From contig RDEW01000008.1 of the NCBI GenBank assembly GCA_011109175.1, forward strand, positions 877,954 to 941,953: a DNA stretch of 64,000 bases, in the 5' to 3' direction. The DNA is from Dicyema japonicum. Lineage: Eukaryota; Animalia; Dicyemida. A model generated the notes under the pieces. That model was not told the origin of the DNA, made no database searches, and was given only the letters and a program-made list of their open reading frames with translations. The translations under genes and the position numbers were made by a program. Below, one piece after another: positions 26,485 through 38,222 of this stretch; position 1 is the stretch's first letter; every line of letters begins with the position of its first letter.

Positions 26485-27299
26485 ATGGTCAGCTCAACAA
26501 ACCAAAGGGAATATTATAAAACTCGAGCTAAATTATACGACCACTTGGATTTATTCAATGAAATGGCCCAAGCTATGAAAAACATGGTTAAGGTCGACAC
26601 AAACGCGAGGCTCTCTGACGAAGAGAGAAACATGCTTTCTATTGCTTACAAAAACTCCGTGGACCCTAATCGTTCGTCTTATCGGCATTTGAGGATCCTC
26701 AAATCAGAATCACCGGACGATATGACCATCAATGTTGTCGAAGACCTCATCAAATATCAGGAAGAACAGATCGTCTCAAAATGCAACGATTTGCTGGTTT
26801 TCCTAGTCATAAATTTAATTTGAGCAAATTTTGTTATTTTTAGGAAATTGTAAAGTCCCTGCTTGTCAACGACCAAATCTCTGACGAAAGCCGAGTCATT
26901 TACTGCAAAATGGTGGGGGACTTCCAAAGGTACAAGGCTGAGCTCGATACCCCCGAAAGGGACGGTTTTCAACGGTTTTAATTGTAGCCATCATCAAGGA
27001 GGCTAAAGAAGCCTATGACCGGGCCTCGAGTCTTGCCGAGGCGTCTTTACCAGCCAAAAATGTGGCCCGTCTTGGAAACGCCTTGAATTACTCGGTCTTT
27101 AACTACGAGATCTGCAAAAACGCTAAAGTCGCCATAGAGATGGCCGAAAGAGTCATTTTGGAGGCTGATGGATGTGATTCTGAGGAGGAGAGCTCAGATG
27201 TGTCGGTTATGATGAATCAGCTTGCAGACAATATCGCTGTAATCAGTGTAGTCATCTTAGATGTGGAAGGCTGACCTCAAGGAGGAAGCCGAGAAATGA
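26485..27299 (+). CDS. 14-3-3 protein, divergent, 240 aa. Exons 26485-26796, 26844-26964, 26988-27238, 27261-27299
   Basis: LSDEERNMLSIAYKN, KMVGDFQRY, RLGNALNYSVFNYEI, QLADNIA|MW motifs. GT-AG introns of 47, 23 and 22 nt restore one frame (phases 0, 1, 0) ending at TGA 27297-27299. Confidence 0.93.
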
Positions 27300-27759
27300 A
27301 ATGTTGAATCATTTATAAATTACTAATTTAGCTTGCTTTAATAAATTGGATTTTATTTTCGATTAATTAGCTAATTGTTGCTATGTCACGTGTTATTTGA
27401 ATGAGGTTTTACTGTGATCACTTTCAAATTCTCAGTGTGCCCTTGAAGTTATTTTGGCTGTAAGTTTGCTTTGATCTACCGAATTCAAGAGACTTAGTTT
27501 TGCTTAATGATCTGTAAATGACGTAATATGGTCACATGGGTGGTTAGATTAAATGGGAGAGATCTCCCACTGCGTAAGGATCCTCTTAGAAGAAAGGGTA
27601 GCAGGTATGTTAACCAGAGGAGTTTCTGATTGAATATTGAAGAATTTATATTGACATTTTATAAGGGATCACGTGGATGGGAAGAGTCATTGAAGACGTA
27701 GTTTTTCAGAGAGAATATCTAAGAAAAATAGTGAGAACGATTAAAGTCATCGTATGAGT

Positions 27760-28060
27760 TTTATTTAGCCCAGTCCCTCAGGTGAAGAAGACCGGGGGGT
27801 CAGCAAAGGCGTAAAAACCATAGGCGTCCCCAAAAGATCTTATAAGATGATCTGGTGTGGTTTGGAACTTGAAGGCAGGCCAGTACATGAGGGGAGAGGT
27901 CCGTCTTATGGTCGCCGAGACAACCAAAAGGCCAAAGCGACGAGCTCGACTGCCCGACATTGTGCATGTAGTCCTAACCAACGTAATGACCACAGCGGAG
28001 GCGCAGTGGATGCGAACTGCCCGAGGTAGAGAAGATTCACTTCAAGTCCTGTTCATGAGA
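27760..28060 (-). mobile_element. I-group LINE 3' end (C-terminal zinc finger remnant)
   Basis: LRCGHY...YMHNVGQSSS...FGC...HVLAC followed by tail GGGCTAAATAAAA. Confidence 0.55.
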
Positions 28061-30079
28061 TAGATTTTTGTAAAAGTTTCTGAAAGTGCTTAAATTCCGC
28101 AAGATTTTTATTATCAGTTACTTTAGCATCACTAAATAACCACGTGGGAGTATTTAAATTTGATTCTCTGGTTACACAGTAAAATTTCCTTAACTCACTC
28201 ACATAGAAGAGTCACTTAAATGACACGTGGATAGGATTCTGTCACGTGGATAGCCACTTGAAATGGCACGTGGGAAGGATTCTCTTTGTATGGTGGCGAA
28301 TCTCTTTGAGGGGAGAGTTTGGTGCTTATCGGTTTACCAGAATAATCCACAGGAACTGATATTTTGAGTGGAAAACACACTGGGATACATTTTACTAGGG
28401 AAATACTCAAATCCAACGCATATTCGTTGAATGTATACTCGAATATATTGAATTTTTGGTCATAGTTACAAAGCAGTCATTAGTGAGTGAACATAGAAGT
28501 TATTTTGTCGTCAAAGATAATAAATATGACGTCATATATTAATCTCAACAGGATTGTGTTAGTATCTTAAATGGGATTATCAAAAATACTAGTTTTTACT
28601 GACTGAATTAATAACTGTATAATCCCCTTTCTCGCGCTTATCCAGCAGGGTCAATGAGCTACTTCCAATGACTCCCAAGGTTTTGATTGCGTCCAGTTCA
28701 AAAATTAGCTGTCATCCGAGACTTTCGTAAATCTTTTCTAAGAGTCACTGCCCTTTTTGAAGCTGATCCTGGGTGAGTTTCCGTCACTGCAATGTTGTGG
28801 GAAAGAAACCATCCAACAACTAAATGGAAGAAGCTATTTTTCCGTGTATATTTCAAAATGAGAGTTTTCGACTAGCAAATCACTTACCGGGGTAAATTTC
28901 CACGCAGAAGGCCCTAGAAGACTAATTCCTTAGGCAATTTTACCAGAATGATGCCTGACCGACTTTGATCGGAAAAGATCAAAGGAGACAGAATATTAAC
29001 CACTTTTTCTGGAATAGCCAAGGTTAATTCGACTTACAAATGACTGATCTAACTCAAACCGAGGGATTGTAAAGTGGACGAATTTTTTTAGCACATAAAT
29101 ATCACCAAAGATAGGAATAGCAAACTAATGGTTGAGGAAGAGTGTACTGGAGTAGGGAAAAGGGGGATCTTTTTTGTATGCCGGCCAGTCACTAGGCGTC
29201 TCTTTGGCAGGTAATCACTTGCGCCTTTGGAAATTGAAATGTTAAGAGCAGAATTGAGTTTTTTAATCGATTGGGGATGATGTCACGAATGTTATTTCAA
29301 AAACTTAGATTGAATTATCAGCCATAAAACTGATTGATAAGATAAAGTCGATTTTTAGCAATAAATTTAAAATTTAATATAAAAAATCACCTGATAGCTA
29401 GTGGTTGAGATGTCATAGTGGTCCTGCTACTTCGTCCAAGATAATCCAGTTCTCTCTGTAGTACCAACCCGAGTTCAGCCATCTGTTAACGTTAGCAGGT
29501 AAGCATTTGGAGAACCCTACAGGGGAATATACAATTGGAAGGGAAATAAAATAACCCTTTGGCGCAATACCCTACCTGGCCTCTCCTGAAACAGGTAAAT
29601 GATGTCACCCTAAAACACGAAGAACATAGAAAATTAACGAATTGACTCTTCAATTATGAAACGTGGCGTCATGTGGTTCACCTTTTGTGCTGGCTCTCAG
29701 TATAGTAATACAAAAAAGAACCATTTGCTCTTTCCCATCCAGACTCCTTATGCCTGGATGGTATACCTCAACTGGACTCTTCTCGAGAAACAAAATTACT
29801 TAATTTTTTTAAATAAATTAAATTTTTTTATCATTTTTAATTTAATTTTTTAATTGACTAAGCATGGAATTTTACCCGTTAGTTTTTGATTTGGTGGACT
29901 AGGAATCCCCACACCAAAGGATCTATCTTTCTTCCTTGTGCTCCAGTCAGCTGTTGATCGAGGTGATTCTCCAACTCCCAACATAATCGTCGGAGATCAG
30001 AGATATGGAGCATCTGAGAGTCAAATTTCTGAACAGAAAGACCGTTACAGGTCCATCTGCGAAGATAAATATGAGAGGT

Positions 30080-30450
30080 TTCTGAAGCAATCAAGCCAAC
30101 ACCGACGTACCTGTCTAATAACTGGAAGATGCGAATGGAGTGTTCGTTTGGATCAGTGTCCTCCAGTTTGAGTAGATACTGTCGACTGTATCTCCATCAA
30201 ACTTGGATTGAAGATTTTCCAGTCTCACTTGCCGAAAAGTGCAGGACGATTCCAGACATAACCGATTAACGGAATTGTTAAGCGAGCCCTGAAGTCTGTT
30301 GGACACCCCTCAATATTTGAACCTGTTGTCCTGGACAGAGAGACGGAATACGGCTCGACGGAATCACAATGACGCACGTAGGACTCGTGGCTTCTCCAGT
30401 TGATCTCTGCTGCGATCGTGAGAGGCAATGCAACGTAGATTATGTCGTCG
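30080..30450 (+). mobile_element. CRE 3' fragment, internally deleted
   Basis: CRKSAGRF..H..INGIVKRALKSVG...FEPVVLDR; IVRGNA. Confidence 0.8.
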
Positions 30451-32149
30451 GGGATCATTTTTGTGTTTATGATAATTTTTTTAATTAAAAGTGATCATTT
30501 AAAGAGCACTTAATTTAGAGAGCTTGAATAATTAGACCTCTGACATAGCTATCGAGACTTTCTCGAGGGCATCCAGTTTCACGTAAATCCTTGGTGACCC
30601 TCTGGACCATTAAGCCACGTGTTTGAGTTTTTTCTTTCGAAAAAGTTCGTCAATAAATTTTATTGATTTCTCGCCCATTTTCTGAACATGAAGCTTTGAT
30701 ATGGGATTCAATGGACACTTCACCGATAGTTCTACTTAGCGAATCGCTTGCCTGTGTTGCACAAAGTGGAGAAACACACCTCATTTTATCTCTACATGTA
30801 GTGGTAAAGGTACCACCACATTGAGTTACCAAATCATCTACAGTTCCGAGAAGGATCACTGAGAAGTCGAATATTGAATGCAACAGCTAAAATACTTTTT
30901 ATCTAAACTCCGAGACTTTTTGTTTTTGTTAACCCGCGTTCGCTAACATGTAAGAGACAAGTGCTTCAGAGTTCCCCCACATTTACGTAGAGTCCTTGTT
31001 GTCCAAAGCAAGAAAAAAATCCTCTCTCCATCAAAAACTTGAATTAGTTCACACGTAGGCGTATTAGTTCTACCCTGGCAGCCAAATTTTTAAGAAAAAA
31101 GCCAGAATCTCACAAGAGAATTCAAGAAAAACGGAGGAAACTACAGGAACCAAGGTTGCTAATAAACCCATAATACTGCCCATTAAAAGTGTTACAAGTC
31201 TAGGTGGGTTACTTTGAGGTCGCCTTTCTCCATACTATTATGAATGACACAATCAATACAGTTTTTGGAACCTCTCGCAGATTATCTTAGGCAGAACAAC
31301 CAACCCATCCATATTATGTTCGGGGTGCCTTTTTTTGGCTTGATTCCACTTCTCTTCAGCCTCCTTCTCAGAATAGTTTGAATTTTTAATAAAAAAGTCA
31401 CGTGTAGGACCGCGGAATATTATGTCATCACGTGGCAGTTCTTCAGTGCAAATAGCTAGTTTATGTTTTTGTTAATATTTCCTCTTGGCTGAAGTCTTTC
31501 TTATTCTGATTTGACGACTAAATACTATACAATAATACAACTGCTGGTAAATCACCCATAAAGTTTATGTCAACAAAAACTTTTATTTAAATAAATTTTT
31601 TAACTTTAAAAAAGTTTATTTTTTTAATAATATTTAAAAAAATATGGTTGATGGCTGGTTGACATCCTCGTAAATTTAATTTATTAACCCCGGATTCACT
31701 GAGAAAGAAGTTAAAATAAACAACTAGTTAAGTGAACTCCAATTTCCACTGTACAGAAACAGAGCCACCCGGAACCAGCATAATAGGTAAAAGACTTATA
31801 TTGTGTTGTGGAATCCTCTCCAATGGAGTGGGGAGAGCAAATATCCTTTTTCATGCCAGCTTATTACTGGGCGTCACCTGAGAAGGAGGAGGAACATTAG
31901 AAGTAGCCACATATCACCACGCTAACGTCGTCACCACATTTAGGAGATGAAACATCAAGTTCACTAGAGCTATACCATATTCCATGGGTGGCACCTTTTG
32001 GCCAAAGAACCATTTTTTTTGTTTTTTGGCAATTAAAAAAATAAAAGAGCCACTTTTTAAAATAATAAAACATAACAAAATTATATTTAATTGGCTCTGC
32101 ATTTCCTCGCCAATAGTGTTATGTCTGTATCGTAATTTGTCATTTTTAA

Positions 32150-32720
32150 CTAAAGTCAAGATTCCAAATTTGCATCAGTAATTTGACTCCTTAATTTTGA
32201 TTTGACAAATTCACACGCGAAAACGCTTGCTAGCACAAATAAGTAGACCCGAATATCGTGAGGACGATATGATATGAATCTGGTTTCCATGTATTCAAGT
32301 ATGACACCGACAATGTACTCTCCACTTGTTTGACCCTTTAGCGGAAATAATGCAAAGTTCTTCTCTAAGAAAGTCTCGAGAAACATAAAGTATTAATAGA
32401 GACACCTAGTATAACATTAAGTTCACAAAAACCTGAGTCGTATCCTTAATGTCACATGACTCAGCCACTCCCATCGAAATTGCATTTTAGGGTCATCAAC
32501 TTTCTGCATCGTCACATTCCAAGACAACTAATCTATTCGCAATTGTTTTTGCGGATAACGGTGTATTTTTAATTTGATTTAAAATATCTGTTTTATTCGT
32601 AAAATTTTGAATAGTTGACAATTTTAGAAAACAGGATTTGATGTATTTACCATCTGCGAATGGTTTTCACATTTTTGTAATCTCATGACTGACGATAAAG
32701 CTTCTAAATTAGTAGTCCTG
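32150..32720 (-). mobile_element. hAT transposase remnant (GTF2IRD2-like)
   Basis: ESCDIKDTTQVFV (first catalytic Asp region) and FPLKGQTSGEYI. Confidence 0.65.
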
Positions 32721-33473
32721 GCAGACTGCTTCCAATAATGCTGAACTTACAATTTTTATATTACAATATTTGTTTCCCGTGTTCAAGAAGGGGAACTATA
32801 GACAACATCTATATTGAGAAGAAGACATTGAGTCTACTGCAGCTACAGCGCAACGACTACGTCAACCGCTCAAACGTCGACCCATTAACCACCAAGCCGA
32901 CCGGTCTTAAGGCAATTATGTCATTTCGAGAAGAGCCGATTTCTGTTTTTTCTACAAATTAATCTACGAAAGCCGTTATAGAGTGATACCCACCCCCATG
33001 ATAGTTATTCCCCCGGTAACTCATCATAACCCACAATACGTCAATATATGATGATTGAGGTTTCAACTTTATTGTTACTTTTACATTCTTGACACAGCTT
33101 CCACTTAATAAGGCAGTAACTTTGGAGAGTCCGTAGAGGTCACAGAAGAAATGTCAACCTACTCTAGAAATAAGGAAATTGCTTACTGCATCAATCATCA
33201 AACAAGAAGAATCCTCCAACGGAACGCCCATACTCAGTAATGGAAGCGATAATCTGAGGTACAACTTGAAGATACAGACTGTGTAAGGGAACGGACTTTT
33301 TACAATGATCTTCTGCACACTCAACTTCGAAGTTGTTTAAGTCTTCTGGTTGTTTGTCATGAAATAAAGGAATCAGCAAGGAAGACCTGAATCCAGCTTT
33401 TATGCATACCCAACAAAATCCAAAATAATGACCAATCTTTAAAATAAAAACGATATTTTATACTTAATTTGTT

Positions 33474-33795
33474 AACCCAGGATACACCGAGAATGAAGTT
33501 AAAGTGAACAACTAATTAAGTGTATCCAGTTTCCACTTGTACAGAAACAGTCCATCCGGAATCAACATAAAGGGAAAAAGACGTCCATAGCTGCAGTTGT
33601 GGAAACCCCTCCAGTGAAGTGGGGGAGAGCAAATGATCCTTTTTCGTGCCAGCCAGACACTGGGCGCCATCTAGACAGGTGGATCACATGAAGCCATTCT
33701 AATAAGAAGAGAAAGAGGAGGAACAGACATACAAGCAGAAAACTTCAACCAACTAGCCACGCAGCACTACATGTCGCCACGCGGCGAATTCAAAA
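33474..33795 (-). mobile_element. SINE family A, full-length copy
   Basis: Reverse complement of 19690-20017 with scattered substitutions. Confidence 0.85.
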
Positions 33796-34960
33796 AAATA
33801 TTTTATACTTAATTTAACGATCGTTTGGAATTTAAGAATACAACAACATAAGAAAAATTAATTTTAAAATTTATGAAATATATAAATAATTTTTTAAAGA
33901 AAAAATATCTATTTGATTTGAAAGTGGAAGCAACATAATAAACATAATTTTAATCAAGTGAGCTTAATGGCCACACTATTTCCCCTGACAATAGAGATCC
34001 AGTCAAGAGCAATAAAATTAGTGAGAAAAATATACAGATAAAAAAATTGTCCCCAGAGTACTCGAGTCTATCATAGAGGCAACTGGAGGCAATTTCAGAA
34101 GAAGAAAGGAAAATGACCACCGTCCGTATAGAAAATGCGTGGGATCACGGTCGGAGCATCGAGAAAAAATGGCCCGATTATGAGAGATGCCGGGATCACC
34201 TGAATATTAGTTATTGGTTAAGACGGTGTTTCTTTGGCTTAAATCATAATAATAAAAATAATTAAGCCATCCAACCACACGTAGATCCTTGGTGATCTGT
34301 AGGACCAAACGGACTAGGTTGTCCGTTTATGAGACAAGGATTCCTGACATCTCAACTACAATCGGGACTAGAATACCTTGTTACAAACTATTTTGATATC
34401 CATGACAACCAAACTCTACAAGAACAATATGGTTTGCATAAACAGTTATTTTGAGATCTCCGAATGACTTTAATCAAAAAGGGAACTCTGTTTCTTTCGC
34501 CTTTGAAGTGAACTATCAGATCGAACCCATTGGTCAGCAATAGTAGTTTTTAAGGCTTTTAAGCACCACAAGAAGAACAATTCTTATATAAGATGGACGG
34601 CATGGAAGGGGGTGAAACGATAAAATGACACTGAAAACTCACTGTGTCGTTGATGAAAAAATACTGGGATCACATAACTAGTATGGGTGACATCTTTCCT
34701 TCTGTTCTTAGGGTTAAGCAGGAAATTCCTGTGATTATAGTGGAATGAAAAGATGTCTGGATAATAGTTGAACTGTAGAGAAAAATATAATTCATTATAA
34801 TAAATTTAATGTTTTGAAAAATATATTAAAATACAAAAAATAAATATAAATAATACGAAAATTAAAATAAATTAAAATACCTGATTTTAAAAGCATTATT
34901 TAGGCAGCAATATTTCGACAATATAATTAAAATTGCCGCAGAACCTCATTTCAATAATTT

Positions 34961-35105
34961 TCACTTACCTGGTCGTGGTCTACTGTTATCACTCAGGCAG
35001 TGGGTCTATTGGATTGCCACCTATTGCACTGCGGGTCGCTTTCCAGTAAGGTCGGTTCCATACGGGCTGTCCTACGGCATATTTTTTCCGTGTGCTTTTG
35101 CGCAT
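34961..35105 (+). ncRNA. U1: U1 spliceosomal snRNA
   Basis: 5' ACTTACCTGG. Helix H GTCGT/ACGGC. SL1 loop TATCACTCAG (U1-70K type). SL2 loop ATTGCACTGC (U1A site). SL3 at 35049-35073. U-rich Sm-like site ATATTTTTTC. Short SL4 GTGTGC-TTTT-GCGCAT. Confidence 0.92.
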
Positions 35106-35384
35106 TTTCTTATTATTGACAGTTTTTAACTTTTTTTAAAGAATAAAAAGTGATTTCTGTCAACTCGGAGAGGTTACAAAAGGAACAGTTAACATCATTC
35201 ACATTATCCGGTTTACGTACGTCGGTAGAGACGGGTGGTGCCCAGATCGTAGACGAGCTAGGTTTACCCGTATGTCCATTGGAAAGGAGGATTCTGATTG
35301 GTCGATTGGAGGAGGGTGCAGGCGTTAAATGTGTCGGGGTAAATATAACAAAAAATAAGCTTGATTTAACTTAAAGTATATATT

Positions 35385-35850
35385 ACACGTCTCACGTCTT
35401 CTCCCAAACGGTGTCCACCAAGGATTTCCTTTATCCACGCCTTATTCAATTTATATCTGGTATACCTCCCGACACCGGAATCCAATAACGATGTTCTACT
35501 CACATATGCGGACGACATTGTTTTGGCCTCGCGTGATCGGGATATCCAAATGCTACAGAAAGATTACAAATTAACCTGGACCGACTTAACGCCTGGGTAA
35601 TGAAGAACCGACTTACGGTAAATTCCAGAAATTCGGTCACGTCTATGTTTACTTCGGACAAAAGGTTGGGGAAGATGACTGTCAAGCTAAAATTGGACAA
35701 CATTGAAATCCCCTTTACCAAATGTCAGAAGATCCTGGGCGTGGAACTGGATACACACTTATTTTTGTAACCACACGTGGCAAACATTGTTCTGAAGTGC
35801 GAGAAGAGGATTAACGTATTAAAATGTTTATCTGGAATATGGAAGACAGG
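35385..35850 (+). mobile_element. I-group LINE reverse transcriptase fragment
   Basis: NGVHQG..LS; YADD; LQINLDRLNAWVMKNRL; KILGVELD..L...HVANIVLKCEKRINVLKCLSG. Confidence 0.8.
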
Positions 35851-35859
35851 TACCCACCC

Positions 35860-36720
35860 GGTCTTGAGTTCCGAAAAACATTCCGATGTGAATGCGCCCC
35901 GAACCAATACGTTCCATTTTTCGAATTTCACTGTTGTGGTAACATTTTTGTTTAAAAGCCTTTCTCCCATCTTTCTCCAGACAAATCTTCGTCCATCGGG
36001 ATTAAATAGATTAAATTTCGATTCATGACTAAAGATAACTCGATTCCAGAACATATTTGCTAACATGTTCCACTTTGTGCACTGAGAAAGTCTCGTCGTT
36101 TTGTGTTTTTTCGATAGATATGGCCTTTTCGTAGGCTGAAACGTCGATATAGTCAGTTTTTTTCAGGTAGTTCCTCACTGTCTGTGATGTGATAACAGTT
36201 CACGTTTCAGAACGTAAAATTTCCGAACATTTTAAAGAATTGAAATTAACATCACTTTTTTGTTCACCTTTAATTATTTCGAGATCATCAGAGTTAAGGG
36301 AAAATCTTCGCCCTGAGCCTTTTTTTCTCTCGAAGGAATCATTCATGGTGAAATTTTTAATGACTCTCGAGATAGCACTGAGGGATCTTTCGGTAAGATT
36401 TCGAATTTGTCGATATGACGTTCCAACTTTATAATAAGCAATAATTTCTCCTTTTTCTTGCTATGTAACTTGTAGAACCATGTAACAAAAAACAACACGT
36501 GTAATAAAATAAAAATGGGTTCAAAAAACTTTGGAAAAATAGAGAATTTTTATTTGTTCTCTTTTATTTTGTTCGGAAAAAACTGGATTCAATTACATAC
36601 CAAAATATAGGGCGTTTTAATTTTTTTAAAAGGCTAAAGTTAAGTTTGTATTTTTAAAATTCAATTTTTGTAAAAAAATTAATCATTCAATAGAAAAAAA
36701 TACGAAGAAAATAAGTGTTC
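35860..36720 (-). mobile_element. Tc1-like transposon, 3'-truncated
   Basis: WNRVIFSHESKFNLFNPDGRRFVWRK...TTVKF...VLV.GAF (Tc1 DD34E family, first Asp degenerate). N-terminal HTH remnants from about 36480. Confidence 0.85.
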
Positions 36721-37083
36721 CGTTTTTTATGTATTTTTATTCATTGAATTACTTGAACAGGATATTCCTACAAGGATAAAATTGAGCACGTTCTTTTTAA
36801 ATTTAATTCAAAATAATTTCAAAAAATATAATTTAAAATAGACTAATATAAATTACTAAAGATTTTTATGCGGACCCAAGTGCTCTCGTCAATACCAACA
36901 GAAAATGTAATGAATGAACTGATTTTTGACTTGGTTGATTATGCAAATCTGTGGAAAGATCCGAAATTCTATTCGCCACAGAATTTCTTGTCAAGCTAAT
37001 AAACCTGTAAAGCTAATAACTGCCGAATGTTTGATTCTTTAATATTTTAAAACAAATTTATTTAAACAAAAAAAATTAAGTGT

Positions 37084-37770
37084 CTATTTTTTGAGTCTTG
37101 AGACATGTATGCCTTTTAGTTCCGTCCCATCTTCAGATCGGATTTTGCATACTTCGTGTATGGCTTCAATGATCAAATATTTCTTCTCCAAAATTTGGTC
37201 AGAGTACATATCGTCTATTTTTTGAATTGCATATTCATCTTGACTCAGGAGTATATAGTCCCCCACGTTAATAATTTCTTCATAGAGCTTCCATTTTCGA
37301 CGTTCTTCCATTATTAAGCCTGCGCATTGTAGCATGACGTAGGCTTCTTTCCTTGCTTCTTCTAGTTCGTCAAAATTACATCCGAGCAGAAATTGTAGAT
37401 GATCATTAGGCACACCGTTCGATTGATTAACAACACCCATGAAAAGATAAAATGGTACTGCTTTCGTGCTTTGAGATGAGTCGATCACAACAAAAATCTG
37501 TAAATAAAATCATTCCCCATGAATTATTTTCGTTTTTTTTCAGCATCTCGAAATTTCCTGGAATGGATAGGAGTAATCGCGGGCTTAGTAACCATTAGTT
37601 TCTTCAACTTACAGTGGACAACAACTTTGCCGACCTCAAGTCTCGAAATTGTTAACATTTTTTGCCAAAAATCTGATTTTCATTCTTTGTTTAGGCTTAA
37701 TATCGCTCGGCAATTCATCTTGCGACTAAAATATCTTAATTTTGTTAAGTTCTTCTGTTGTCAGTTTATA
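37084..37770 (-). mobile_element. Integrase remnant (Ginger/KRBA2-like or Gypsy)
   Basis: HCKLKKLMVTKPAITPIHS (end of zinc finger), PFYLFMG, INVGDYILL and IHVSRLK (GPY/F-type C-terminus). Confidence 0.55.
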
Positions 37771-37903
37771 TAAACCCACAAGAATGATTTATGATTAATT
37801 ATTTTTCAAATAGAATATTTTTTAGTTTGTTTTTATAACAATTCTAATAAACTTCCCCTATTTATTTTGTGTAAATATTTTTTTGGGAATAAGCTAGACA
37901 TTC

Positions 37904-38222
37904 CCGGGTGGCATAGTGGTTAGGTGTCGGGCTTAAGTGACTTATGTTGCGGGTTCGATTCTCGCTGCTGTTCACCTGGTGGAAAGTTCCACGCATCTAC
38001 GATGCCAAAAGGGTTTGACGAGTGACGCCGTCATCAGTGGATACTCACTGCGGTACTGGATTGTCTAGAAAGGTCCACACACAAGAAAAAGAAAAAAAAG
38101 TGAAGATCATTCCTTGGTTCTAAGATTAGTTAAAATTAACTGTTCTTTACTTAAATAAAGTGTGTGTCCTGCCTATGCGTAGCTATAAATATTATGGCTC
38201 TCGTGAAAAGGCTATTAAAAAA
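37904..38222 (+). mobile_element. SINE family B, full length (tRNA head, structured core, RTE-like tail)
   Basis: A box TGGCATAGTGG, B box GGTTCGATTC. 13-bp TSD AAGCTAGACATTC (37891-37903, 38223-38235). Confidence 0.92.

Noticed and set aside
32738-33420. Possible further micro-intron gene
   Set aside because: Could not build a consistent frame or recognise a motif on either strand.
35158-35390. Solo LTR after U1 (CCAAT- and TATA-like motifs)
   Set aside because: No second copy, TSD or primer-binding site in the window.
37904-37975. Functional tRNA gene (also 46088 and 42400)
   Set aside because: Has A and B boxes but no complete cloverleaf. It continues into a repeated body, and the two family B copies have TSDs, so it is a SINE head.
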